A stretch of DNA of 63,335 nt, counting the filler, from Candidatus Zapsychrus exili (GTDB lineage: Bacteria > Omnitrophota > Gorgyraeia > Zapsychrales > Zapsychraceae): the NCBI GenBank assembly GCA_030765585.1. It is 7 parts of 7 records of this genome, joined end to end, with 100 filler letters (N's around TTAATTAATTAA, not from the genome) between each part and the next. Parts side by side here need not be neighbours in the genome. Positions count along the whole stretch, not along the records: positions 39,661 to 51,560 come from JAVCCJ010000118.1; positions 51,661 to 56,113 come from JAVCCJ010000114.1; positions 56,214 to 60,048 come from JAVCCJ010000025.1; positions 60,149 to 63,335 come from JAVCCJ010000062.1; 3 more parts are not named here. One strand, given 5' to 3'. Made by a program: the position numbers and the translations under genes. A model generated the notes under the pieces. That model worked only from the letters and a program-made list of their open reading frames with translations. It was not told the DNA's origin and did no database searches. Of this stretch, positions 51,070 through 61,262 are shown piece by piece. Within the stretch, counting starts at the first letter, position 1. Each line of letters starts with the position of its first letter.

Positions 51070-51560
51070 TTACTCTTTTTCTACTACCTCTATCTGTATC
51101 TCATTAGAGGTGAGCACACCTGTCCAGACTTCAGGTGCATTATCAGCTAAAGAAGAATTAATTGGCATCTGATAATGACATATTATATAAAATTTACCTG
51201 GGCTTTTTAGTACGACAGGCATTTGAGATAACGTTTTAGTATTAAATCTTAAAATTAAATCATCAAAGGACTTTAAAAAGCTCCCTCTTAATTGATGCAC
51301 ATAAATGCCCCCGGCTGGTATTGTGGGTTTGTACTGAGGTGCAAAATCTACCAAGACTGTTTTACTTAAAAGCTTTTTACCTTCACTATCTTTAAAAGTC
51401 AACATACCCTGCAACAACATATCTTCTCTAAAATATATAAAAACATCTTTATCCAAAAAACTTTGCCATGTAAGCGCTAAGGATACCTCTTCTCCTACGC
51501 TGTATATTTCTTTATCAGATTCAATTGTATGGGTTAAGACATCAGCTTCTGCATAAGATG
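51070..51560 (-). CDS. Hypothetical beta-rich protein, 5' truncated
   Basis: Frame stays open to the contig edge (SYAEADVLTHTIESDKEIYSVGEEV...). Confidence 0.65.
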
Positions 51561-51660
51561 NNNNNNNNNNNNNNNNNNNNNNNNNNNNNNNNNNNNNNNN
51601 NNNNTTAATTAATTAANNNNNNNNNNNNNNNNNNNNNNNNNNNNNNNNNNNNNNNNNNNN
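51561..51660. other. Artificial contig linker
   Basis: N44-TTAATTAATTAA-N44. Confidence 0.99.
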
Positions 51661-51978
51661 CAAGATAAATTAGAAGAAATCATAAAACAAAAGAGTCGCA
51701 AAGTTAATATTTATAACATAGAGTTAATAAACTTTGAGTTTCCTTTCTTCACTATCAATACTACCGTTTCAAAGGGTACCTACATTCGTAGCCTTGCAAA
51801 CGATATAGCCCAAATATTAAATAGCTGCGCAACTACATATGAACTAGAAAGAACAAGCATTGGACCCTTTAATGTTCAAAACTCTATAAAATTAACAGAT
51901 TTAAAATCTATTCAAGACATTCAAGAAGCTTTAATCCCTATAGAAAAGGCAATGAACTTATTATCGCAACCCTCTTGA
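51661..51978 (+). CDS. truB: tRNA pseudouridine(55) synthase, 3' fragment (not in ORF track)
   Basis: VSKGTYIRSLANDIA...LERTSIGPF. Confidence 0.9.
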   Translation, partial: QDKLEEIIKQKSRKVNIYNIELINFEFPFFTINTTVSKGTYIRSLANDIAQILNSCATTYELERTSIGPFNVQNSIKLTDLKSIQDIQEALIPIEKAMNLLSQPS

Positions 51979-52050
51979 ATCTTTCGTTTTTCATTGTAAA
52001 ATCACTAAACAGAACCTGTCACATTAGAAGTAAAATAATTTCTTAAATAA

Positions 52051-52088
52051 TAAAAAAGCGGGACCCATAATTGAGTCCCGCTTTTTTA
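52051..52088. terminator. Bidirectional intrinsic terminator
   Basis: TAAAAAAGCGGGAC...GTCCCGCTTTTTTA between convergent genes. Confidence 0.85.
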
Positions 52089-52107
52089 TTTGTTTTAAAA
52101 CTTCTCC

Positions 52108-55100
52108 TTATCTTCTTCTTCCTCCACTAGATCTTTTTGGAACATCTAAAGCGCCCCAATCTTCTTCTCTAAACTCTGATCTTCGTGACTTTGCTTTTAT
52201 TTTTGCTGGAGCTGGTTTAGCTTTTTTAGCTGCCGCTGCAACTTTTTGTGCCGCTGTTTTTGCTGCTGGTTTTGTTGCTGGTTTTACAACTGTTTTTGCT
52301 ATTTTGCCAGGAACAACAACTCCTGCTTTTTGCAATGGATTAATCATGCTCATTTGTACAGGAGTTACAAAGCTTCCAATCAATGGAGCATATGCTTTTG
52401 CTTTTACAAGAACTTCTAACAATTTAGACTGTAAAACTTTCTTTTTAGCTGGATCAGCTTCTGCATTTACCATCATATACAATGGCCATAAATGATTCCA
52501 TACAAAGAAGCTTTGCTCTGCTGGTTTAAATACCTTATTATAGCTCTTTGCCCATGAAACAATTGCTTTATAGATAGCAATTTTTTTGGCCATATCTTTT
52601 TTAGCTAAAGCTTTGCCCAAAAGATCTGCAAACTTAGCTGTTGCAGGAATTACAATAGCAGGAGCAATAATGCCCTTAGCCTTTAATGGAGCAATCATAC
52701 TGGACTGCATTACTGTTGCATAATTGCCAACCATTGGTGCATAATCATGAGATTCTTTTAAGACTTTTAACAATAGGGCAAGATCTGGATGTTCTTTTGG
52801 CAAACCTTTCTTTGCATTAAACAATGGCCACATGTGGCTCCATACAAAGCTGTTTTGTTCAGTTGGATTAAATACCTTCTTGTTATTCTTTGTCCAATCA
52901 ACTATCTCTTGATAGAAAGCAAGCTTTTTGATTTCTGCTTTTGTTGCAGCCATAGCAAGAACTTGTGTTGGTGTTAAATTGACAGCAATCTTAGCAGCCT
53001 TACCAGGTTTTGCTTTCTCACCGGGTTTTGCAGGTTTTGTAGGAGTTATTGCAGAACGAACACCACCTAATTTGTAGTATACTGAATTACCACCTCCAAC
53101 TTTCTCAGAACTTAAAACGAGAACACCGCCACCACTGTTAACGGAAACATCTTTGTATTTTGAAGCTGAAACATTATTCCAGTTACCCATTGAAGCTGCA
53201 CCCGAATTTGGTAAATTCCACAACTTACCATCACCAGTTAGGCCCCAAACGTTTTTCGTATCACCACAAGAAATATTTATAAGATTAGATCCCGTACTTG
53301 GCTCAAATTTAGTGGCACCGGCTTTTATTCTATAAGCCCTATTGTTATTATCACGAAGTCCAAAAATTGTACCGTCAGCACCTACAGAGAAAGTATGAAA
53401 GCCATCAAATTTCTTGACCCATACTTTGTTCTCATATTTATGTAATTCTTTGCCTTTTCTTGCCCAAATCTCATTTGCATTACCAACAGAAATTTGATCA
53501 AAGTTACCACCTAAGGCAATCCATTTTCCGTCTACAACGTTGTAAACAGCTCCAGAAGTATTTAGAGCACAAATAGTTCCATCAGCACCAACAGAAACTC
53601 CCTTGCCGCTACCAGATTTAGGCGCCCAAGTAATATTAGGTTTTTTAGTTACAGTCATACCACTGCCTGACTGAACAATGTTTACCTTACCTTCATAAAC
53701 TTGCCCACCTGAATTTACACCCCAAGCAAGAGGTTTACTTTTCTTGTTATAACCAAGGGCAACATCGGTAAGTCCACCAACCATTTTTTCAAATCCTGAA
53801 GGTACAACAAATTTTATTGCTGGCTTTGTTGCTGGCTTTGTTGCTGGCTTTGTTGCTGGCTTCGTTGCTGGCTTTGTTGCTGGCTTTGTTGCTGGCTTAA
53901 CCGACGCAGGAACAACCTTAGCTGTAGAAGCTCCAACTCTTATAATTGTCCATTGTTCCCAACCCTTAATTTTATCAGCTTGAGTTACATTCCATTGTTC
54001 ATTTTCAGGCCTTGCACTAAGATATTTGTTATGAAAACTCTTAAATGCAACCTTGTTTCCCCCTAACCCTTGTATGACAAGTTTCTCCCAGCTCCCTTTT
54101 GGGTTAGTAGAAACATTAAATGCATTATACTTATGAGCAGCATCAGAAGCAAAAACATATTTCTTATACAAAGGAGAATAAAGTAAAACAGTATTTCCGT
54201 TATTTATTTCGGATTTACTACTTAGATTATTTGGATCCTGAATAATGAATTCTTCCTTACCAGTAATCTTGGTAGAAGAGTTATTAGACTTAAAATTTTT
54301 CCAGTTAGGACCAGCCGGAAAAGTTGCTTCTGGACCTCCTGCCTTAAAAAATCTATTATGAGAAGATTTCAATGCAATCTTATCACCAAATTTAAGAGGC
54401 TTTCCATCAATCATTATTGCTGCTGACTTACCTGGCGCTGGAACCGGCTTCACCGCTGGCTTAACTAACGCAGGAACAACCTTAGTAGCAGATGTAACTC
54501 CAGGAACTTGTGGGGCCTGAGCTATATAATAAATAGTATCTTTATTAGACAACACCCACATAAATTTAGCATTATTTATGGTTACATCCTTAATACCGGT
54601 TATATTATCAAATGCAATCCATTCATCAACTATACCAGCTGTAAGTCCTGGCTTCTTATTTCCCCATAGTTTTCCATATGCAATTCCATAAACATTGTCT
54701 TTGTCAGCTACAGCTATTCTTGTTAAATTATAACCTGTACTCTTTATCCACTTAGTACCAACTAATTTATAAGCTCGACCTTTTTCTCCTACTAATGCCC
54801 AAACGGTTCCATCACCACCAACAGATACCTGTTTAAATGGAGTACTAGCTAAATTATAAGGCAAACGAGACCAATTATTTCCAACCCATTTATAAGGTGC
54901 TTTATCCAAACCAATTGCCCAAATATTAGTTTTATTTCCACAGGATATATTTGATACAATACCTGCCGTAAGAGCCCACGTTCCATTAGACGCCCTATGA
55001 TAAATATTTGGTTGTTTTTTTTTGTAATTTGTATTTATATGCCAAACATCCCCATCATCACCAACAGCAAGCTCAAAACCTGCTGCGGAAGAATCTCTAG

Positions 55101-55931
55101 TCCAAGTATTCACATTCCATCGGTAAATCCCTTGGCCTGAATTGGCACCCCAGTCAACGTTTTACCATCTGCAGTCTTACCACAAGATATTTGTGAAAGC
55201 GATCCAGGTACAAGAGTAAAACCAGCTTTTGCTAAATCTTGACCAACTACTGACTTCGTTGCAGGCTTTGTTGCTGGAGTTATTACAGGCTTTGTTGTTG
55301 GAGTTGTTGCTGGCGTTGTTGCTGGAGTACCAACTCTTTCTATTGTCCACTTTTCAAAAAGCCCTACTTCTCCTTCTCCTGATTGATTTACATTCCAGTG
55401 AGGATTGTCCGCAGTATTACCCGCTCTAAGATGCCTATTGCCGTGAACAGTTTTAAATGCAACTTTACCTCCGCCAAGATCTTGTATAATAAATCTTTCC
55501 CAATCACCTCTTGGATTTTGAGAACCATTGGAAACATTAAAAGCATGAGGAGCATCCCAAGCCATCAAATATCTTTTATGAGCAGAATAAATTAAAACAG
55601 TATCTCCACTATTAATTTCTGCAGTATTTTTTAGATCAGGAGGACTATTAGGCTTACCGGCATTACCAGCTTTATACAAAATTAATTTTTCCCAAGCACT
55701 AACCTTAACAGCAGAATTATCGGTATTAAAAGTTGTCTTAACACCAGCATGCTCAAAAACTTGGTTCTGACTTCCTGCTCTAAGATATTTATTATGAAAA
55801 GATTTCAATGCAATCTCTTCACCAAATTTAATAGGCTTTCCATCAACCATTATTGCGGCACTACAACTATTAGATAAGAATAAAATAGCAAAAGCTGCTA
55901 AAAATATTCTTTTAAAAATTCTAAATATCAT
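52108..55931 (-). CDS. Large secreted lectin-like protein (fascin-like beta-trefoils, tectonin-like propellers, PATK linkers); split by a frameshift at ~55153
   Basis: Signal peptide; ALKSFHNKYL/WE repeats; QVSVG.DG.VWA repeats; ORFs 55110-55964 and 52108-55113 join with a 1-nt correction. Confidence 0.75.
53817..53898 (-). repeat. 12-bp tandem repeat encoding PATK
   Basis: (TGGCTTTGTTGC)n, about 6-7 units. Confidence 0.95.
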
Positions 55932-55979
55932 AAATTCCCTTTCTTCTTTTATCCTACGACCCATAAAAAAATCTATCTT

Positions 55980-56113
55980 TTATCGTCTTCTTCCTCCTCC
56001 TCTAAATTTTGGCACATCTTGGGCCTTTTTTTTCTTTTTTCCTATCGCTTTTTTAACTTGCTCTGCTTTTTCTTTTTTTATTTGCTCAGATGTTTTACCA
56101 GCTTTTGCACCAG
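55980..56113 (-). CDS. 3' end of upstream gene with Lys-rich tail (not in ORF track)
   Basis: GAKAGKTSEQIKKEKAEQVKKAIGKKKKKAQDVPKFRGGGRRR*. Confidence 0.75.
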
Positions 56114-56213
56114 NNNNNNNNNNNNNNNNNNNNNNNNNNNNNNNNNNNNNNNNNNNNTTAATTAATTAANNNNNNNNNNNNNNNNNNNNNNNNNNNNNNN
56201 NNNNNNNNNNNNN
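56114..56213. other. Artificial contig linker
   Basis: N44-TTAATTAATTAA-N44. Confidence 0.99.
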
Positions 56214-56287
56214 CAAAGGATAGATTTATTCCTGATCCGAATGATTATTGATTTTTATTCTAGGCGGAGAAGATGTGAGTCCAGTGT

Positions 56288-56509
56288 TTACTTAAAATCA
56301 AGAAGCTTAGAAGGAGTTAATTTTAAAGCTTTCGCTATTTTAGCGATAGTGTCTATTTTTACTGCGCCAGGTTTATTAGATTCAAGACGTTGATAGTAGC
56401 GAACATCCATTTCAAGACGCTCAGCCATTTGTTCCTGGGTTAGATGGAATCGTTTTCTGAGGGTTTTGAGTCGTCGAGCAAATTGAAGTCGTATCTCAGG
56501 GGTTAACAT
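56288..56509 (-). CDS. XRE-family HTH regulator
   Basis: RLKTLRKRFHLTQEQMAERLEMDVRYYQRLE...IAKAL; likely start 56509. Confidence 0.9.
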   Translation of the reverse strand: MLTPEIRLQFARRLKTLRKRFHLTQEQMAERLEMDVRYYQRLESNKPGAVKIDTIAKIAKALKLTPSKLLDFK

Positions 56510-56542
56510 AGCTTTATTATAGGCGACACGGCCTACAGCACC

Positions 56543-56560
56543 ACGGTATTGCAATACCGT
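56543..56560. promoter_or_regulatory. Perfect 18-bp palindrome between divergent promoters (candidate operator)
   Basis: ACGGTATTG|CAATACCGT; plus-strand TTGCAT-17-TATTAT at 56569-56597. Confidence 0.65.
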
Positions 56561-56620
56561 AAAATCCCTTGCATCTCTAAAGACCCTATTGTATTATGGG
56601 GGCATGCAAAAGGAGGGGCC

Positions 56621-56929
56621 ATGAAAATGAAATTTATCCTGTTGTTGTTGTGTGTTAGTTTGTCTGGCTGTGCGACTATGTTTGAAGATGTAAGAATAGC
56701 ACAAGCAGAAAGACAAGAGAAATTCTATATCGGAATGACCATTAATGAAGTTATTCAAATTATTGGGAGGCAACCTAATAGTATATCGGACGGATGGAGG
56801 ACAGAAAATACGAGTGATGGAGTACATAAGGTATGGATTGTGAATGGAGGTGGCATGGGCGGAAACTTTGTTAGGACATACACCTTTAGGTTTAAAGATG
56901 AAAAATTAGCTAGTTGGGGCTGGCAATAG
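56621..56929 (+). CDS. Small lipoprotein, SmpA/BamE-like
   Basis: Lipobox LSGC; IGMTINEV..IIG.P; RBS AGGAGG. Confidence 0.75.
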   Translation: MKMKFILLLLCVSLSGCATMFEDVRIAQAERQEKFYIGMTINEVIQIIGRQPNSISDGWRTENTSDGVHKVWIVNGGGMGGNFVRTYTFRFKDEKLASWGWQ

Positions 56930-56972
56930 ATATGATGGATTGGTTAGGTGAAAAAATAATAAGGAGAATAAA

Positions 56973-57533
56973 GTGGCTGTTGTTGGTAAATTTGAAATTT
57001 TAAATAAAAAAATACAAAGATTGGTTAGAGAAAATTTAAATCAAAACGAAACGGTTTTATTTTGCCTTGTTGGTAACTTTAGTCAATCGCTTATTGCTCT
57101 TGATGAACGAATATTAGTTATAAAATCTGGTTTTATGGCTGGAGCAACTTTCGGTAGCCGAGTGACAAGTCTTCATTACAAAGATATAACAGGCATTGAA
57201 GTGAACACGGGGCTTCTGACTGGAGTTATTGAAATTTCTACTCCAAGCTATCAAGGCACCAGAGAAAAAGATTGGTGGGCTATGGCTCGAGATAGAGATC
57301 CTATGAAAGTCTCAAATTGTATACCTATTGAAAAAAATAAGTTAAAAGAATATCAACCATATTTGGAAAAACTAAGACAAAAGATAAGAGATGCAAAAAA
57401 TACTGTAAATTTAAATTCTCACGATGATGGTAAGAGTATTGGCTCTGAATTAGAAAAACTAGTTTCATTGTATTCTTCGGGGATGTTATCCAACGAGGAA
57501 TTTGAACAAGCCAAGAAGAAACTGCTTAGTTAG
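56973..57533 (+). CDS. Bacterial PH domain plus SHOCT protein
   Basis: C-terminal ELEKLVSLYSSGMLSNEEFEQAKKKLL; PH-like N-terminus. Confidence 0.85.
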   Translation: MAVVGKFEILNKKIQRLVRENLNQNETVLFCLVGNFSQSLIALDERILVIKSGFMAGATFGSRVTSLHYKDITGIEVNTGLLTGVIEISTPSYQGTREKDWWAMARDRDPMKVSNCIPIEKNKLKEYQPYLEKLRQKIRDAKNTVNLNSHDDGKSIGSELEKLVSLYSSGMLSNEEFEQAKKKLLS

Positions 57534-57569
57534 CTAAAGGGATAGTTAAAGAAGAAATAAGGGTGCAGC

Positions 57570-57932
57570 ATGAAGAGATTTGTATTATTTTTAATCCTTT
57601 TATGTTTTCTATTTTCAGGTTGCGCGACTGCACGTCGTAAACAATATGTCCAGAAACATCCTCAACTTGATGAGTATCATAAGAAAGCGATTTTAGGAGG
57701 CAGTATTTGTAAAGGTATGACAGCAGAGGAAGTTATTGTGTCTTGGGGGCAACCTGATAAATGGGGTAAAGCTGGTTTCTTTTCTTCTGCTGAAATAGAA
57801 TGGATATATTATGGGGAGTGGCATTATGATAGATTTGGAGACTTTACGGAATTAGTTTGGTGGAGACATATATTTTTTAGAAAAGGGAAAGTAGTTTCTT
57901 GGAAGAAACGTTTACATTGGCGATATGAATAG
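57570..57932 (+). CDS. Small lipoprotein, SmpA/BamE-like
   Basis: Lipobox FSGC; KGMTAEEV..SWG.P..W.Y. Confidence 0.75.
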   Translation: MKRFVLFLILLCFLFSGCATARRKQYVQKHPQLDEYHKKAILGGSICKGMTAEEVIVSWGQPDKWGKAGFFSSAEIEWIYYGEWHYDRFGDFTELVWWRHIFFRKGKVVSWKKRLHWRYE

Positions 57933-58142
57933 AGCTGAGGCAATAGATATAGGATAAAGGAAAATGACCCAGCAAGATGGATAGCACGCAATAAGGGGTA
58001 TTGATAGTTAGGTTATTTTCTTCTTGTTTAAAATGCTCAAAAGTATTAAAATATGAGCTACCACAAAGAGTGGCTTAATGAGCAAGTAACAGTTTAAGAT
58101 AGAAGGCGTTAGGACATTCCTAGCGCCTTTTTGGATTAATAA

Positions 58143-58955
58143 ATGAGAGAGCCTTTAGAAAACAAATTCAAGGATAATTTCAGCTTAAATAAGGAGCTTA
58201 ATGACATAGTTTCTGAGGCAATTGAAGTTTTTAATTCCAAGAAGCTGCAAGAAGCCGATGTAGATTTGTTTGGAGGGATTTCACTCTCGATATTAGCAAA
58301 AAATAGAAAACATTATAATTCCGTTCAAGAACTCTGCAAGCTAGGTTTCGGTGAAGAAGCGGGCCTGATTGTTAGAAGTATGACAAATGCATTAATCGAT
58401 TTGACCTATATTTTTAGATGCGGTAAAGATGAGTTGTCGGAACGATTTGTAAGATTTGATTGGGTTGTTAAGAGACATAAAATTGCTATAGCTGATATGT
58501 TGGATGAACATACGTATTTTATTAAGAAAGATCAGAAAAAAACTGAACAATGGGAACAAAGAAGAGAAGAGGTTGAGGCTGAAGTGGAGAAATTCTATAA
58601 AGATTATAAATGCGAACAAACTAAACATGATTGGTCGGGATATTCTATCAAAACAAAGGCAAAAAAAGCTGGTAAGGAGATTGAACTATTGTATAACACA
58701 GTATATCGATATAATTCGGACATAGAGCATAGTAACGCAACTGCATTAAATAACTATGTTAAAACTGATGTGCCAGGTTCAATGCAGTTTATGTCTGAGC
58801 CAGGGGAGAATCATGTTGAAGAGAATTTAAGAGAGAGTTTTAATATTTATCTAAGAATAGCTATAATCTTTTTTGACTATTTTAAATTATCAGAATTTAG
58901 TGAAAAGGCGAGTAAATTAACCGCTGAGTTTTTAAAGATATATAAAAAAGAATAA
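58143..58955 (+). CDS. DUF5677-like protein
   Basis: A..IVRSM.NA.I, WSG.SI, LY...YR..S...HS pattern. Confidence 0.7.
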   Translation: MREPLENKFKDNFSLNKELNDIVSEAIEVFNSKKLQEADVDLFGGISLSILAKNRKHYNSVQELCKLGFGEEAGLIVRSMTNALIDLTYIFRCGKDELSERFVRFDWVVKRHKIAIADMLDEHTYFIKKDQKKTEQWEQRREEVEAEVEKFYKDYKCEQTKHDWSGYSIKTKAKKAGKEIELLYNTVYRYNSDIEHSNATALNNYVKTDVPGSMQFMSEPGENHVEENLRESFNIYLRIAIIFFDYFKLSEFSEKASKLTAEFLKIYKKE

Positions 58956-58974
58956 ATTTTCGGGAGAAGAGACT

Positions 58975-59709
58975 ATGGATTGTTGGCTGAACTTAGGGAT
59001 TAGTGGAGGGGGTTGTTGGCCCAGTAAGGAAGAAAAGATTAATTTCGGTGGTCATGAGCTTCTCTTAAAACCTGCAACCAGGAAAACAGAGCAATCTGTT
59101 CATGTCAATCTCAGGAAGGAAAAAATATCTTGGATTGATGCAATGACTCTTGTCAACAGATTCTTAAGCATCCTTTCATGGTGTGGTGGTGGTAACAAAG
59201 GTATGGATGTTATAGATGGTGCTGGTGTGTCTGGAAGTGTAGCCCCTGTTACTATACCATTAAGAACAAGAATGATAGGCTCCTCAATTGCCTTTCCGTT
59301 TTATCGAGATGTAGAGAAAGATTCAAAAGCATGCTTAGCTCTTGCTCTTTACAGGGAAGGTTTAGTCATCGATTCAGTGCCTTTGTCTTTCTTAAGTTTC
59401 TTTAAGATTATAAATATCTTTTACAATGACAAAACTATAATCGAAGGCTTGAGAAATTTGCTTCCGCAAATAAAATACGAGCATGTTAAGAAAAGAATTG
59501 ATGAACTTAAAGAGTCGGTCAAGGATATTGCAAGGTATTTATATGAACGCCGATGTGCGATTGCTCACGCGTTTACGGACCCAACAATCGATCCTGATAA
59601 TGTGACAGAATCAAGGGATGTATCTCAAGATGTATGGATTATAAGAGCTGTTGCGGATTATTTAATAGAGAGCAGATTGGGTGTTTCAAGATCGATTCAT
59701 GGTTCTTAA
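58975..59709 (+). CDS. MauJ-like protein with HEPN-type Rx4H motif
   Basis: RFLSILSW, LALALYREG, FLSFFKII, RCAIAHA, IDPD. Confidence 0.75.
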   Translation: MDCWLNLGISGGGCWPSKEEKINFGGHELLLKPATRKTEQSVHVNLRKEKISWIDAMTLVNRFLSILSWCGGGNKGMDVIDGAGVSGSVAPVTIPLRTRMIGSSIAFPFYRDVEKDSKACLALALYREGLVIDSVPLSFLSFFKIINIFYNDKTIIEGLRNLLPQIKYEHVKKRIDELKESVKDIARYLYERRCAIAHAFTDPTIDPDNVTESRDVSQDVWIIRAVADYLIESRLGVSRSIHGS

Positions 59710-59951
59710 AATTGTATAAGATTACATGCGGTGACTGTTAATGTCCAGTTCCAAAGGAATGGACAGCCCTATCTCTTGATTTCTCAAAGAGTTACGGAAT
59801 TTACAGCCAAGAAATACCGGACAAATAGGACAAATTAGCGAGGGAACTGCCTCTCAGTAATTGAATTTTCTTGCCAATACTCTATAATCCTAATATAATA
59901 AGGACTTGTAAATAAGGATAGGTTTCCTAGGGTGGTACGGCTCAGGGACCC

Positions 59952-60000
59952 CACTTCTTCGCTCTTCTTCGTCCTTTGGACTTCGAAGAGCTTCGAAGTG
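59952..60000. repeat. Nested REP-like palindrome
   Basis: CACTTCTTCGCTC[TTCTTCGTCC-TTT-GGACTTCGAA]GAGCTTCGAAGTG. Confidence 0.6.
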
Positions 60001-60048
60001 CAAGCGTTGATAATTGGCGGGAATCGAAGAGGTCTGTGAGCGAAGAAG

Positions 60049-60148
60049 NNNNNNNNNNNNNNNNNNNNNNNNNNNNNNNNNNNNNNNNNNNNTTAATTAA
60101 TTAANNNNNNNNNNNNNNNNNNNNNNNNNNNNNNNNNNNNNNNNNNNN
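60049..60148. other. Artificial contig linker
   Basis: N44-TTAATTAATTAA-N44. Confidence 0.99.
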
Positions 60149-60291
60149 AACCAGGAGATGTTTTAAAGACATTTGCAGATATTTCAGATTTAGAGAAGGA
60201 TATTGGATTTAGACCGCAAATAAGTATAGAAGAGGGTTTATCAAGGTTTGTGCAATGGTATAGTGAATATTACAATAAGAATTCGCTATAA
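60149..60291 (+). CDS. NAD-dependent epimerase (UDP-glucuronate 4-epimerase-like), 3' fragment
   Basis: PGDVLKTFADISDLEKDIGFRPQISIEEGLSRFVQWYSEYY. Confidence 0.85.
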
Positions 60292-60344
60292 ATGAAACTT
60301 TTAATAAGATTTACGAAATAATAAATGAAACACTATCAGGGAGA

Positions 60345-61262
60345 ATGAGCTTGAAGAAAACTTTGAAAAAAATCTATAAAAATCCGAGTATATTACTTTT
60401 GCATTTAATTCAAACAGCTCCGTTTAGATTATTATCCGATAAATTATATTTAAATATCAGATATAGGCTTAGAGTAAAGAGAAAATTAAACTTAAAAAAC
60501 CCGGAAACTTTCAATGAAAAACTGCAGTGGTTGAAAATAAATGACCGAAACCCTATTTATCCTGAAATAGTTGATAAAAATACTGTACGAGAAATTATTG
60601 CAGATAAAGTGGGAGACAAATATTTAGTTCCGATAATTGGAAAATGGGATAATGCAAAAGATATAAATTTCGATAAATTACCTGAGCAATTTGTATTAAA
60701 ATGCACTCACGATTCAGCCAGTTCTGTCATTTGTGGAGATAAAAGAAAACTTAATATTGAAAAGACTCGAAAATACTTGAACAGAAAATTAAAGCAAAAT
60801 TATTACTATATTGCCCGTGAGTGGCCATATAAGAACCTAGAAAGAAAAATTATATGTGAAAAGTATTTAACAGACGGTTCTGAGGTTGGTTTGCGAGACT
60901 ATAAAATATTTTGTTTTCATGGAGAGATTAAATTCATAAGAGTTAATTATATGACACAAACAGGTCAAAGGAAAAAAATGTATGATACCAACTGGAATAT
61001 GATTGAAGACACCATGAATTTTGTTCCGGATGATAAAGTGATTGATAAACCAAAGGATTTAGCTAAAATGGTAGAAATAGCCGAAATTCTATCTAAAGAC
61101 TTTATTCACCTACGGGTAGATTTTTATTTGGCAGAAAATAAAATCTATTTAGGAGAGTTAACCTTATATCACGGTTCAGGGTCAAACTGGTTTAGAACGA
61201 TAGAAATTGAAAAGAAACTGGGTAGTTATATAAATCTTGACTCATTGAAAGAGGTAATATGA
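60345..61262 (+). CDS. TupA-like ATP-grasp protein
   Basis: NPETFNEKLQWLK, FVLKCTHDS, DYKIFCFHG, RVDFY, GELT. Confidence 0.9.
   Translation: MSLKKTLKKIYKNPSILLLHLIQTAPFRLLSDKLYLNIRYRLRVKRKLNLKNPETFNEKLQWLKINDRNPIYPEIVDKNTVREIIADKVGDKYLVPIIGKWDNAKDINFDKLPEQFVLKCTHDSASSVICGDKRKLNIEKTRKYLNRKLKQNYYYIAREWPYKNLERKIICEKYLTDGSEVGLRDYKIFCFHGEIKFIRVNYMTQTGQRKKMYDTNWNMIEDTMNFVPDDKVIDKPKDLAKMVEIAEILSKDFIHLRVDFYLAENKIYLGELTLYHGSGSNWFRTIEIEKKLGSYINLDSLKEVI

Noticed and set aside
56549..56554. Two divergent ORFs both starting MQYR
   Set aside because: Artefact of the 18-bp palindrome; better starts at 56509 and 56621
59933..59951. Possible tRNA 3' remnant on the minus strand (GTCCCTGAGCCGTACCA)
   Set aside because: No T-loop and the spacing to CCA does not fit cleanly
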